Below are positions 9,448-19,019 of a stretch of DNA of 64,000 bases, piece after piece (within the stretch, counting starts at the first letter, position 1; every line of letters begins with the position of its first letter). The translations under genes and the position numbers were made by a program. Source of the stretch: Patescibacteria group bacterium (GTDB lineage: Bacteria; Patescibacteriota; WWE3; UBA101185; UBA10185); the NCBI GenBank assembly GCA_032117075.1, contig JAUMAA010000001.1, positions 13,597 to 77,596 on the forward strand, read 5' to 3'. Under the pieces are notes generated by a model. The model saw only the letters and a program-made list of their open reading frames with translations, made no database searches and was not told where the DNA came from.

Positions 9448-10726
9448 TTTTTAAAAGTTCACTAAAATTTGTGGTAAATCTATCGCTTCTTTTCTCTGTT
9501 TTCATTTTCCATTCTTTTTTAATTCCGTTTGAAGCAAATGAGACCGTATTGTTTCCTAATTTGTGATTTAACTCATCTATTTTAGAGATAAGTAAATCTT
9601 TTTTTGGACTTTTATATTGGAGTAAGTCTAAACTAAAAAGTGATGTTTGTATTTCATCTTCGTTAACAATTTCCGTTAAAAAAATACCTGCTTTTTGATA
9701 ATTATAATTTTCTTTGAATATTTGTTTGAGAAGAAATTTAGCTGCTTTAATAAGATCTGGAGTATACGAGGTTGGTTCTAGAAAATTATAGGAACGAGAA
9801 TTGGAGTATTGTTTATCGTTCACTCTAAAATGATTTGTTCTGATAAAAACAGTTATTTTTTTACATTTAGAATTTTGATTTCTTAATTTCTCTGAGGCAG
9901 TAGTTGTATAAGTAGAAATTGCTTCATTTAATTCTTTAAAAGAAGAAGTAACTCTTCCAAAAGATCTAGAAGAACAAATCCCTTTTTTATTGGGGGTTTC
10001 GTATTCCAGAGGAATACACGAAACCCCCTTTAATTCATTCTGTGTTTTTAGTCCGTTAATAGTCATTATTTTTTGAATAAACTTTGGATTAGAATATTTA
10101 AAGTCATAAGCTGTATTAATATTTTCTGCATATAACTTTTTACTGTATTGCCTACCTATTCCCCAAACATCATTAACATCTAAATTTTTGAGCAGTTCAT
10201 CAATTTCATTTTCCGACTTATCAACTAATGATAGAACTCCTCCAAAACATTTATCTTTTTTGACAAATTGATTAGCCACTTTTGAAAGAGTTTTGGTTGG
10301 AGCAATTCCTATAGAAACAGGAATCCCGACCCAACTCAAAACTCTTTCTCTAAGCTTTCTTCCGTATTCCTCATAGTTATCTGTATGAATTCTTTTTAAA
10401 TTAACAAAAGCTTCGTCAATAGAATAAATTTCTATATCGGGACTGAATGTAAATAATGTTTGAACTACTCTATTTGAGATATCTCCATAAAGTTCATAGT
10501 TTGATGAGTAAACTTTTAATCCTTCTTTTTCTACTAAATCTTTTATTTTAAAAAAGGGTTCTCCCATTTTAATTCCTAATTTTTTAGCTTCGTTTGATCT
10601 TGCAACACAACAACCATCGTTATTTGATAAAACGACCACTGGTTTATTTTCTAACCTAGGATTAAAAATTCTTTCGCAGGAGACATAAAAATTGTTGCAA
10701 TCAACCAAAGCAAAAATATTTTTCAT
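9437..10726 (-). CDS. umuC: Y-family DNA polymerase V subunit UmuC
   Basis: DCNNFYVSCE, SNNDGC, SSNYELYGD, YSIDEAF; coupled to umuD. Confidence 0.93.
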   Translation of the reverse strand: MKNIFALVDCNNFYVSCERIFNPRLENKPVVVLSNNDGCCVARSNEAKKLGIKMGEPFFKIKDLVEKEGLKVYSSNYELYGDISNRVVQTLFTFSPDIEIYSIDEAFVNLKRIHTDNYEEYGRKLRERVLSWVGIPVSIGIAPTKTLSKVANQFVKKDKCFGGVLSLVDKSENEIDELLKNLDVNDVWGIGRQYSKKLYAENINTAYDFKYSNPKFIQKIMTINGLKTQNELKGVSCIPLEYETPNKKGICSSRSFGRVTSSFKELNEAISTYTTTASEKLRNQNSKCKKITVFIRTNHFRVNDKQYSNSRSYNFLEPTSYTPDLIKAAKFLLKQIFKENYNYQKAGIFLTEIVNEDEIQTSLFSLDLLQYKSPKKDLLISKIDELNHKLGNNTVSFASNGIKKEWKMKTEKRSDRFTTNFSELLKISN

Positions 10727-11121
10727 AAATTTGGGTTATGAATAACAAAAGTTACAACACCCCAGATTTTGAAATCATCATCTTCTTTGATTTCAAAATC
10801 TTTATATTTGTTGTTTTCAGGTCTTAAAAAAACTTTATTTTTTTCTTTGATAAGTCTTTTAACAGTAAACTCACCGTTTAAAGTAGCAATAATTACATTC
10901 TTATGGGAGGAGGTGACCGATTTATCTACAATTAAAATATCTCCAGGAAAGATTCCTGCATTAATCATTGAATCTCCTAAAGCTCTAACTAAGAAAGTAG
11001 CAGGTTTATTTCTAATTAAAATATCGTTTAGATCTATTGATTTATCTATATAATCAGAAGCAGGGCTGGGAAAACCAGCATAAACAGGGCTTAGAAATAG
11101 ATCCAATTCCATCTTCTTCAT
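10723..11121 (-). CDS. umuD: UmuD (S24 autopeptidase)
   Basis: AGFPSPA cleavage site, GDSM catalytic Ser, FTVKRL catalytic Lys. Confidence 0.93.
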   Translation of the reverse strand: MKKMELDLFLSPVYAGFPSPASDYIDKSIDLNDILIRNKPATFLVRALGDSMINAGIFPGDILIVDKSVTSSHKNVIIATLNGEFTVKRLIKEKNKVFLRPENNKYKDFEIKEDDDFKIWGVVTFVIHNPNL

Positions 11122-11219
11122 ATTCTAATAATATACGAAAAAAACACGAAAAGGAAGATATTAGATTTATAATTTGGTGATAAAATAGGTGAAGTAATAA
11201 ATAAAGAAAGGACAAAATT

Positions 11220-11483
11220 ATGATTACATTAGTAGATTTTTATGCAGATTGGTGCGGCCCATGTAAGGCAATGAAGCCAATATTTTCTGAGTTAGAAGAG
11301 GAAATGAAAGGTAAAGTAGAATTTAAAAAAGTTGATGTCGATGCTAACGAAGAAGAGGCAGCAAAGAACGGAGTAAGAAACATACCAACATTTATTATTT
11401 TTAAAAATGGAGTTGAGATTTCTAGAAAATCCGGAGCTATGCCAAAGCAAGTTTTAAAAGACTGGATTTCTTCAACTTTATAA
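11220..11483 (+). CDS. trxA: thioredoxin
   Basis: WCGPC active site, IPT cis-Pro. Confidence 0.95.
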   Translation: MITLVDFYADWCGPCKAMKPIFSELEEEMKGKVEFKKVDVDANEEEAAKNGVRNIPTFIIFKNGVEISRKSGAMPKQVLKDWISSTL

Positions 11484-11497
11484 TTTAATATAAAAAC

Positions 11498-12511
11498 ATG
11501 CCCATTAAACTTGCAATTAACGGTTTTGGAAGAATAGGTAGATGTTGTTTTAAAATAGCATTTGATAATCCAGAATTAGAGGTTGTTGTAATCAACGACT
11601 TAATGCCCATAGAAACTGCAGCTTATCTTCTTCAAAGAGATACCGCATATGGCACTTATGAAAAAGAAGTGAAGATTGTAGATGGAAATATCTCTGTTGA
11701 TGGAAAAATAATCAAGTATATTTCAGAAAAAGAACCAAATAATTTACCTTGGTCTGAAAACAGTATCGACACTGTTTTTGAATGCACAGGAAGATTTGTG
11801 GAAAATGGTGCTGCTAAAGTTCATATTGAAAGAGGTGCTAAAAAAGTAATTCTTTCAGCACCTGCCAAGGGAGAAGGTAATGTCCCAACATTTTTACTAG
11901 GAGTCAATCACTCAAACTATCTAGGACAAAATATTATTTCAAATGCTTCTTGTACAACCAACTGTGTAGCACCTGTTTTACATGTAATGCATAAAAAATT
12001 TGGTGTTTTAAAATCTGTGATGACTACTATTCATGCAACAACCAACACCGAGGCAGTAGTTGATTCACCTCCTCCAGGAGGAGGAAAAGATTTAAGAAGA
12101 GGAAGAGCAAGTGCCCATAATATGGTTCCTACCACGACTGGTGCGGCTATTGCAGCTACCAAAACAATACCAGATTTAAAAGATAAATTTGACGGAACTG
12201 CTGTTAGGGTACCAATTGTGGTTGGTTCTATTAGTGACATAGTTATGGTGATGTCCAAAAAAGTAACAGTTGAAGAAGTGAACGAAGCCTTCAAAGAAGC
12301 AGCAAGCGATCCTAAAATGATGGGTGTCTTGGCAGTTTCTGATAATGAAAATTTAGTTTCTTCCGATATTATTAAAAGCCCATATTCATCGATTGTAGAT
12401 TTGGAGCTAACAAAAGTAGTTGATGGCGACTTGGTAAAAGTTGTTGCTTGGTACGATAACGAATGGGGTTACTCTTGCAGAATGATTGATATGGCACTTC
12501 TTACTGCCTAA
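11498..12511 (+). CDS. gap: type I glyceraldehyde-3-phosphate dehydrogenase
   Basis: INGFGRIGR, SNASCTTNC, WYDNEWGY. Confidence 0.97.
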   Translation: MPIKLAINGFGRIGRCCFKIAFDNPELEVVVINDLMPIETAAYLLQRDTAYGTYEKEVKIVDGNISVDGKIIKYISEKEPNNLPWSENSIDTVFECTGRFVENGAAKVHIERGAKKVILSAPAKGEGNVPTFLLGVNHSNYLGQNIISNASCTTNCVAPVLHVMHKKFGVLKSVMTTIHATTNTEAVVDSPPPGGGKDLRRGRASAHNMVPTTTGAAIAATKTIPDLKDKFDGTAVRVPIVVGSISDIVMVMSKKVTVEEVNEAFKEAASDPKMMGVLAVSDNENLVSSDIIKSPYSSIVDLELTKVVDGDLVKVVAWYDNEWGYSCRMIDMALLTA

Positions 12512-12527
12512 ATGTTAAAATATTTAA

Positions 12528-13490
12528 ATGAAATCTCTTCAAACAGCAGATTTAAATGGAAAAAAAGTTTTAATTAGATGCGACTTGGATGTGTTAGATG
12601 AGAATGGTGAAATTAAAGAAACTTTTAGACTATCATCATCCCTTAGGACTATTAATTATATTTTAGAAAACGGGGGTTTTGCCTACATATGTGGTCATAT
12701 AGGCAAAACCCAAAATCCTAATTTAAAATTTTCAACTCAAAAGTTAGCTGAATTTTTTTCGAATAATTTAAAAAATAATAATTATGAGATATTAGAAAAT
12801 CTAAGATTTAATGAAGGTGAAGAAAAGAATGACGATTCGTTTGCTAAAGAATTAACTGTTGGAAAAGATATTTATGTTAACGAAAGTTTTGCAACCTCTC
12901 ACAGAGATCATGCCTCTATAACTGGAGTTACAAAATTTTTACCTTCATATCTAGGTTTTCATTTCGAGGATGAGATAGAAAATTTAAAATATGTTTTAGA
13001 TAATAATCACAAACCTCTGACTGTAATAATTGGTGGTGCAAAAATTGAATCAAAAAAACCTACTATCGATAGATTTTTAAATGTTGCAAATTATATTTTG
13101 GTAGGTGGAAAATTATCCCAAGAAGAGTCTTTAAAAAATAATCAAAAAATAATCTTAGCTACTGATACAGTTGATGGTTTTGATATTGGTGAAGAAACAA
13201 TAAAAAAGTTCAGTGAAATAATTTTTGAATCAAAAACTATCTTTTGGTCCGGTCCACTTGGAAAAATTGAAGATGAGAAATACCAAAGAGGTACAATTCA
13301 AATTGCAGATTTGATTTCTAAATCAGGTGCTTACTCGGTTGTAGGAGGTGGTGACACATTAGCATTTTTAGAAGATAATAATTTAACTCATAAATTTAGT
13401 TTTGTTAGTGTAGGTGGGTCTGCTCTACTTGAATTCCTAAGTACCGGAACTCTTTTAGGATTAGAGGCAATAAGAAAAGTTAATGGCTAA
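12528..13490 (+). CDS. pgk: phosphoglycerate kinase (compact, 320 aa)
   Basis: ENLRF, FATSHRDHAS, GGAK, VGGGDT, GGSALLEFL. Confidence 0.92.
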   Translation: MKSLQTADLNGKKVLIRCDLDVLDENGEIKETFRLSSSLRTINYILENGGFAYICGHIGKTQNPNLKFSTQKLAEFFSNNLKNNNYEILENLRFNEGEEKNDDSFAKELTVGKDIYVNESFATSHRDHASITGVTKFLPSYLGFHFEDEIENLKYVLDNNHKPLTVIIGGAKIESKKPTIDRFLNVANYILVGGKLSQEESLKNNQKIILATDTVDGFDIGEETIKKFSEIIFESKTIFWSGPLGKIEDEKYQRGTIQIADLISKSGAYSVVGGGDTLAFLEDNNLTHKFSFVSVGGSALLEFLSTGTLLGLEAIRKVNG

Positions 13491-13752
13491 AAAAATTTTA
13501 AAAGCAACATTTGAAAATAGATGTAACGGTTGCGAACTTTGTGTTCTTGAAGTTCAAAGACAACTAGGAAGAGTAGGATTAACAGATGCTCCTATTAGAA
13601 TTCTTAGGGATTCTTCCAAAAATACAGTTTACTTCCATGTCGATATTGATCCAAGTGTAAATAATTTAAATTTAAAAGAAGTAATTAAAGTTTGCCCAAC
13701 ATCGGTTTTTGAAATAATGGAGGAAGAGGATGAAGATACCTACATCGGTTAA
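13483..13752 (+). CDS. 4Fe-4S ferredoxin-like protein
   Basis: CNGCELC plus distal CP give one cluster's four Cys; acidic tail. Confidence 0.75.
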   Translation: MAKKILKATFENRCNGCELCVLEVQRQLGRVGLTDAPIRILRDSSKNTVYFHVDIDPSVNNLNLKEVIKVCPTSVFEIMEEEDEDTYIG

Positions 13753-14584
13753 AAATATTTTAGAAATAGACTTAGAAAAGAAAACTTATCATATAAGATC
13801 CAGAAGTGACTTAAATGATATTTTAGGAGGTGTTGGACTCTCATTAAAACTTTATTCAGAGTTTAAAGAAGAGAAACCTGTCATTTTTTCAGTAGGCCCC
13901 TTGAATGGATTTTTCCCTTTTGCTTCTAAAACCTCAGTCATGTTTGGTGTAAAAAATAAAGTTTATGATTACTATATTGGAGGATCTCTCTCGTCTAGAA
14001 TAAAATTTTGCAATATTGATTCTATTGTTTTACTGGGTAGATCTAAATCAGAAGTATTTATTGAAATTCATAATCAAGAAGTGACTTTTTTAGATTATGG
14101 TGTTGAGTTTGAATCTCACGGACTTCCCGGAAAGAGAAGTTTGATTGAATTTAAAACAAACAAATATTTATTGGATAATTATTTTAGATTTTCTGGAAGT
14201 GAGGCCGATTCAATTTTGCATTACAAAAAAGTTTTAGGGATAGTTATTTCTGGATCTTTTAATTTTACAATTCCTGATCAAAAAGAATACGATGAACTTT
14301 ACAAACAAATTCTGCAAAAATACCAGAGATTAACTGTTGAAAAAGGAGAATTCCCTTCTTGTAGTGGGTGTCCTATGGGTTGTTCAAAATCAAATATTGG
14401 TGAAAAGAATGGTAGCTTACTTGCTCATTCTTTGGTTGGTTGTAACTTTGCTTCAAAATTATTTAATAATCATGATTTAATCATTTCTTGTTTAAATATT
14501 TTAGGTTATGAATATACTCACGAAGATATAGAAAAATATCTACAAACTTTATACAATTTAAAGAAGGATTATATATTTCAATGA
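13730..14584 (+). CDS. short aldehyde:ferredoxin oxidoreductase (AOR/GOR)-family protein
   Basis: ILEIDL, LGGVGL, FSVGPLNG, GG, DSIVLLGRS fit the AOR N-terminal domain; CSGCPMGC cluster motif; only 284 aa. Confidence 0.7.
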   Translation: MKIPTSVKNILEIDLEKKTYHIRSRSDLNDILGGVGLSLKLYSEFKEEKPVIFSVGPLNGFFPFASKTSVMFGVKNKVYDYYIGGSLSSRIKFCNIDSIVLLGRSKSEVFIEIHNQEVTFLDYGVEFESHGLPGKRSLIEFKTNKYLLDNYFRFSGSEADSILHYKKVLGIVISGSFNFTIPDQKEYDELYKQILQKYQRLTVEKGEFPSCSGCPMGCSKSNIGEKNGSLLAHSLVGCNFASKLFNNHDLIISCLNILGYEYTHEDIEKYLQTLYNLKKDYIFQ

Positions 14585-15270
14585 GCATCTTTGGAGAAGA
14601 AAAATTTATTATTGCGAATTTTAAACAGAGTGGGGGAGTTGAAGATTCTTTAACTTGGATTAAGGAGTTTAAATCTGGGATAGATTTACTAGGCGAGTTA
14701 AAGGTTAATATTGTAGTTTGTCCTTCCTTTCCATTACTTGATTTATTTCAAAGAGAAATTTCAAAAGAGACTTATTTTAAAAAAAGATTATTTTTGGGTT
14801 CACAAAATATTTCAGAACGAGATAATCTTGAAAACACAGGAGAAGTTTCATCAAAATTACTTTCTGAATTTGTGAATTTTTCTCTAGTTGGGCATTCCGA
14901 AAGAAAAGAAAACTTTGATGAAGTTACTAGAAAATATGAACAAGCAATTCAAAGTGGGATAGTCCCGATTGTTTGTTTTTACGAAAATAAAGCAGTTTAT
15001 TCTTTTGAAAATTGTCTTTTTGCTTACGAAGATCCCAAGTCTATTAGTAAAGAAGGGGTTTACCAAGAAAAAGATTTTAACGAATTAGTTGGGATTATTG
15101 AGGACTTAAAAGAGTTATTTGATTCAAAACCAGTTCTATATGGCGGGTCTGTAAAGCCAGAAAATGTTCAAATGATAAAGGACTTAAACTTTTTCAAAGG
15201 GGTGTTAGTTGGGAGAAGTTCCCTTGACCCAAAAACATTTATTGAAATTATAAAAATATATAATAAATAG
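14581..15270 (+). CDS. tpiA: triosephosphate isomerase (divergent)
   Basis: ANFK, QNIS, TGEVS, GHSER, AYE, YGGSV, LVG; in the gap-pgk cluster. Confidence 0.9.
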   Translation: MSIFGEEKFIIANFKQSGGVEDSLTWIKEFKSGIDLLGELKVNIVVCPSFPLLDLFQREISKETYFKKRLFLGSQNISERDNLENTGEVSSKLLSEFVNFSLVGHSERKENFDEVTRKYEQAIQSGIVPIVCFYENKAVYSFENCLFAYEDPKSISKEGVYQEKDFNELVGIIEDLKELFDSKPVLYGGSVKPENVQMIKDLNFFKGVLVGRSSLDPKTFIEIIKIYNK

Positions 15271-15287
15271 GAGTAAAATTAAATACT

Positions 15288-16319
15288 ATGAAGAAAAATT
15301 ATAAAAATATCTTGTTAATTGTTTTGTTTATGTTGGTATTACCAATTTTTGTTTTTAGTTACATTTTTGGGTTTAGTAATTTAAACTTGCTAAATCCTAT
15401 AAAAATAGCTAATGATATCTCAAGGCCAGACCTTAAATCGACAGACGGAAGAATTAATATTTTGATTTTAGGAATAGATAAAAGGGATGAGGGAAATACT
15501 GTTAAATCTGTTTTAACTGACTCCATCCTAGTAGCTTCAATTGGTATTAATGAGAAAAATGTAACTCTTATTTCGTTACCTAGAGACTTATGGGTAGAAA
15601 GTAGAATAGGAATTAAAGCTAAAATTAATTCTGTCTACAACCAATACGACCAAAGAACTGGAAAGATTTTGGGACCAGAAGGAACTAAAGATGTAGTTGA
15701 GGAAGTTTTGGGAATACCTGTTCATTATAATGTCACTATTAACTTTGAGGTTTTTAAAAAAATTATTGATACCTTAGGGGGTATTGAGGTTGATATTGAA
15801 AATACATTTACCGATAACGAATATCCAATAGAAGGAAAAGAAAATGCACCGATGAATGAAAGATATGAAACTATAACTTTTACTAAGGGAAAAGAAAAAA
15901 TGAATGGTGAGAGAGCTTTAAAATATGTAAGATCAAGACATGGTCAGGGTGAGGAAGGGACAGATTTTGCAAGAAGTAAGAGACAGCAAAAAGTTATCTT
16001 AGCTATTAAGGATAAGATGATGACAGCTTCAACTTTAATTGACTTACCAAAATTAAAAGAGCTTTTTGAAATTTATGAAAAGGATGTTGAGACAAATATT
16101 ACCAACGAAGATTTAACAAAGTTTTATTCTTTGTATAGATTGATTAATTTTGAAAATTTCAAAAGAATAGTCTTAGATGATAGAAGCGATGCAGAAGCTG
16201 GAGGTATTCTTTATTCACCAGAAGATACAACTGCTTATGGCGGTGCATATGTTTTGATACCAAGATCTGGAGACTTTTCTCAGATACATGCCTATGTTAA
16301 GAAGTATTTATTTGAATAA
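15288..16319 (+). CDS. LytR-CpsA-Psr (LCP) family protein
   Basis: TM, NILILGID, TDSI, SLPRD, KIN, YVRSRH, DFARSKRQQ. Confidence 0.93.
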   Translation: MKKNYKNILLIVLFMLVLPIFVFSYIFGFSNLNLLNPIKIANDISRPDLKSTDGRINILILGIDKRDEGNTVKSVLTDSILVASIGINEKNVTLISLPRDLWVESRIGIKAKINSVYNQYDQRTGKILGPEGTKDVVEEVLGIPVHYNVTINFEVFKKIIDTLGGIEVDIENTFTDNEYPIEGKENAPMNERYETITFTKGKEKMNGERALKYVRSRHGQGEEGTDFARSKRQQKVILAIKDKMMTASTLIDLPKLKELFEIYEKDVETNITNEDLTKFYSLYRLINFENFKRIVLDDRSDAEAGGILYSPEDTTAYGGAYVLIPRSGDFSQIHAYVKKYLFE

Positions 16320-16321
16320 AT

Positions 16322-17014
16322 ATGTACATATTAGCTGGTAATGATATTTCGAAAATTAGTAACACTATTAATGCTTCGATTAAGAAATATTCGTTTCAAA
16401 CGGTAAACTATATTCTTAATGAAGAAAATTCATCTGAAATTATTGCTAACTTAGACACTCCTAGTTTATTTGGTGAAAGAATACTGGGCATAGTTGATAT
16501 TACAGAAACAGAACCTGAGATTACAGAAAAATTTATCGATAGGGCAAAAGGTATAAAAGATCTTTATATCACATATCAGAAGAAGTTAGATTCTAGGACT
16601 AAGTTTGCTAAATTTTTAACTAGCCATAAAGTATTAATCTATGAACTTGATGAATCCCTAAGTCCGTTCCATTTCGGTGACTTGGTAGTAGGTCAGAAAA
16701 CAAAAGAAGCCTACCAAGAATTTTCTAATTTAGAAAAAAAAGGAATTGAAATGATTTCTTTATTTAGCGGTATAAATACCTCTTTTAGAAATATATTAAA
16801 TATAAAATTTCAAACAAATGCTAAAAAAAGTATTTTTTCAAATAAGCTAGGAATGTATAAACTAGTTTCTGATAAATTAACGGAAGATGATGTAAAAAAA
16901 ATTTATAGCATGCTAGCAGATTATGATTTAAAATTTAAAAGAGGGGAAATCTCTGAAGAAATGTTAGTAACATACACAATGAATTACATTTTAAATTATG
17001 GAAGTAATAAATAA
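16322..17014 (+). CDS. holA: probable DNA polymerase III delta subunit (short)
   Basis: TPSLFGER, C-terminal LADYDLKFKRG; holA...rpsT...lepA-hrcA synteny. Confidence 0.6.
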   Translation: MYILAGNDISKISNTINASIKKYSFQTVNYILNEENSSEIIANLDTPSLFGERILGIVDITETEPEITEKFIDRAKGIKDLYITYQKKLDSRTKFAKFLTSHKVLIYELDESLSPFHFGDLVVGQKTKEAYQEFSNLEKKGIEMISLFSGINTSFRNILNIKFQTNAKKSIFSNKLGMYKLVSDKLTEDDVKKIYSMLADYDLKFKRGEISEEMLVTYTMNYILNYGSNK

Positions 17015-17708
17015 AAATTCAAATTTTGGAAGAACAGTTAACTGGCAATTCTTTTTAAGAACAAAGGTTTATTCGTACGGCTTTATTGCAATAGGTTTGT
17101 TATTTATAGCTTCTCAATTTGTTATTCCCTTTATTCTAATTGAATCGGGAAGTTCGTACAGAGCCCCTGTTGAGAATTCGGTCTTAGGTGCTGCTACTGG
17201 ATTTAGACAAGTAAATTTTGAAGAGTTAGAGAACAAAACTAATTCTGTAGATTTACAAAGGGATTACATTGTCCCTGAGAAGTTTTTTATTCAGGTACCT
17301 AAAATTAATATTAAAAACGGGATGGTTTTAACTAACTCTTTTGAGATGAATCCAGATGATTTTATTGGTCATTATGCTGGAACATCCCTTCCAGGAGAAA
17401 ATGGAAACATGTTTCTTTATGGTCACTCTGTAATGCCTTTTCTATTTAGTGAAAAAAACTATAAAACCATCTTTTCTAACCTACATAAGTTGGAGGAGGG
17501 GGACGAGATAATAGTTAGATTCAATAATAAAAGATATGTATATGAAGTAATGGAGAAGTTTATTAAAAAGCCAGATGAAATAGATCCTCTTGATTTAGTT
17601 TCATCTGAGTTTAAGGATAATCCAACACTAAGTTTGATGACATGCACTCCTCCCGGAACAACATTGAAAAGATTAATTGTAAATGCGAAATTGAAGGAAA
17701 TTGATTAG
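16998..17708 (+). CDS. sortase
   Basis: TM anchor; GTSLPGENGN, YGHS (His), LMTC (Cys), KRLIV (Arg). Confidence 0.92.
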   Translation: MEVINKNSNFGRTVNWQFFLRTKVYSYGFIAIGLLFIASQFVIPFILIESGSSYRAPVENSVLGAATGFRQVNFEELENKTNSVDLQRDYIVPEKFFIQVPKINIKNGMVLTNSFEMNPDDFIGHYAGTSLPGENGNMFLYGHSVMPFLFSEKNYKTIFSNLHKLEEGDEIIVRFNNKRYVYEVMEKFIKKPDEIDPLDLVSSEFKDNPTLSLMTCTPPGTTLKRLIVNAKLKEID

Positions 17709-17752
17709 TTACTTTTAAAAAAGCTATTATTACTACTTATTATTTTAAAAAA

Positions 17753-17775
17753 AAGGTGCGGCAAAGCCGCACCTT
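17753..17775 (-). terminator. intrinsic terminator of the rpsT operon
   Basis: AAGGTGCGGC-AAA-GCCGCACCTT with an A-run on its left (U-tract on minus strand). Confidence 0.8.
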
Positions 17776-17795
17776 CTAATATTAAATCGATAGTA

Positions 17796-18338
17796 TTACT
17801 TCTCGAAATTTTTCATAGCTAAATCTTTTCCGTTGGTGATTAGAAATCCACTTATTAAAGAGAATGCGGCCATTAAGATATAAAGACCTTCGTTTCCAGT
17901 TGTAGGAACTCCTGTTGCAGTTGTAGTATCTGTATATAATGTTACCGCTGGGGCTGTTGTAGTTACTGTTGTTGTAGGAAAAGTAACAATAGATGGTGGT
18001 GTTGTATCCGCAGTCTCATCATAAGTATCTCTAATTTGAGCTAGCATTCCACCACTAGGAACTTCTGAAGTTGAATTAGAGTTTGATGTAACACCAAGAA
18101 CTTCTTTTTTTACATCAATAGAGGAGTTTTCTAATTTATCACTAGAAGTAGTACTTGTTGTATCTTCTTCCATTACTAACTTAGTATTGGTGTCCTTTCT
18201 TGCTGTTGAGGATTCTACTGTTTCAGTTGTTTCAGAACTATCTGAAAGTAGAAAGTAAAATGAACCGAAAACAAATACTGAGATTACTAAGCTTGTTACG
18301 AATGTTTTGATTGTCTTTGAAATAAAATTATTTTGCAT
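17796..18338 (-). CDS. Ser/Thr-rich surface protein with VPTTG sorting-like signal
   Basis: N-terminal hydrophobic segment, T/S-rich stalk, VPTTG then hydrophobic helix and Lys-containing tail. Confidence 0.65.
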   Translation of the reverse strand: MQNNFISKTIKTFVTSLVISVFVFGSFYFLLSDSSETTETVESSTARKDTNTKLVMEEDTTSTTSSDKLENSSIDVKKEVLGVTSNSNSTSEVPSGGMLAQIRDTYDETADTTPPSIVTFPTTTVTTTAPAVTLYTDTTTATGVPTTGNEGLYILMAAFSLISGFLITNGKDLAMKNFEK

Positions 18339-18522
18339 TGGCAGGTATTAATTCATTAAATAAATTACTATATATATCTATTAAAGCATTGGTATTTTCG
18401 ATGTCAAGTATTCTCTTTTTTAACTCTGTAATTTCCTGGTTTTTATTTACTGTACTTATTAAAATAAAGTTAGAAGAGATAACTGATATTAGTAATAGTG
18501 TTATAAAAAGTTTTTTTATCAT
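18328..18522 (-). CDS. small membrane-anchored coiled-coil protein
   Basis: TM then heptads; overlaps both neighbours. Confidence 0.55.
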   Translation of the reverse strand: MIKKLFITLLLISVISSNFILISTVNKNQEITELKKRILDIENTNALIDIYSNLFNELIPANAK

Positions 18523-19019
18523 TTTTGATCCACCAATATTCTAAGATTTAATTTTACTTTTACATATTGCCCGCTTATCTCAATTTCACTGTTTGATATT
18601 TCTGTTAGAGGTAGTTCTTTTTCTATTTCGTTTATTGTTTTGGATATTCCGTCAAGTGTTCCATAAAGAATTAATTCCATGTTAATTTCTTTGTCTAATG
18701 AACTTAAGATAGTACTCTGATAAATTTGAATATTTTTTTCATTTGTTTTTAAGACTAGTTTTTCAATATATTCGGAAACACTTGTTGTAGATTTGAATCT
18801 ATTTTTTAATATATTTGAGTCTTGAAGTGGTTTTGAGGTATTGATATTAAATTGATCAATTTCTTGATCTAATGCTTTAATTGTATTTTTATTACTATCG
18901 AAATTTTTGATATTTTCTAAATAAATTGAAAGGCCATTTACTAGAAGAAAGATTAATACTGTATTAAGTAATATCCCAACTGTTGTAAATGTATAAAATA
19001 ATTTTCTATCTTCCATCAA
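18519..19019 (-). CDS. PilO/GspM-like bitopic membrane protein
   Basis: TM, coiled coil, small alpha/beta domain; follows a PilN-like ORF. Confidence 0.45.
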   Translation of the reverse strand: MMEDRKLFYTFTTVGILLNTVLIFLLVNGLSIYLENIKNFDSNKNTIKALDQEIDQFNINTSKPLQDSNILKNRFKSTTSVSEYIEKLVLKTNEKNIQIYQSTILSSLDKEINMELILYGTLDGISKTINEIEKELPLTEISNSEIEISGQYVKVKLNLRILVDQK

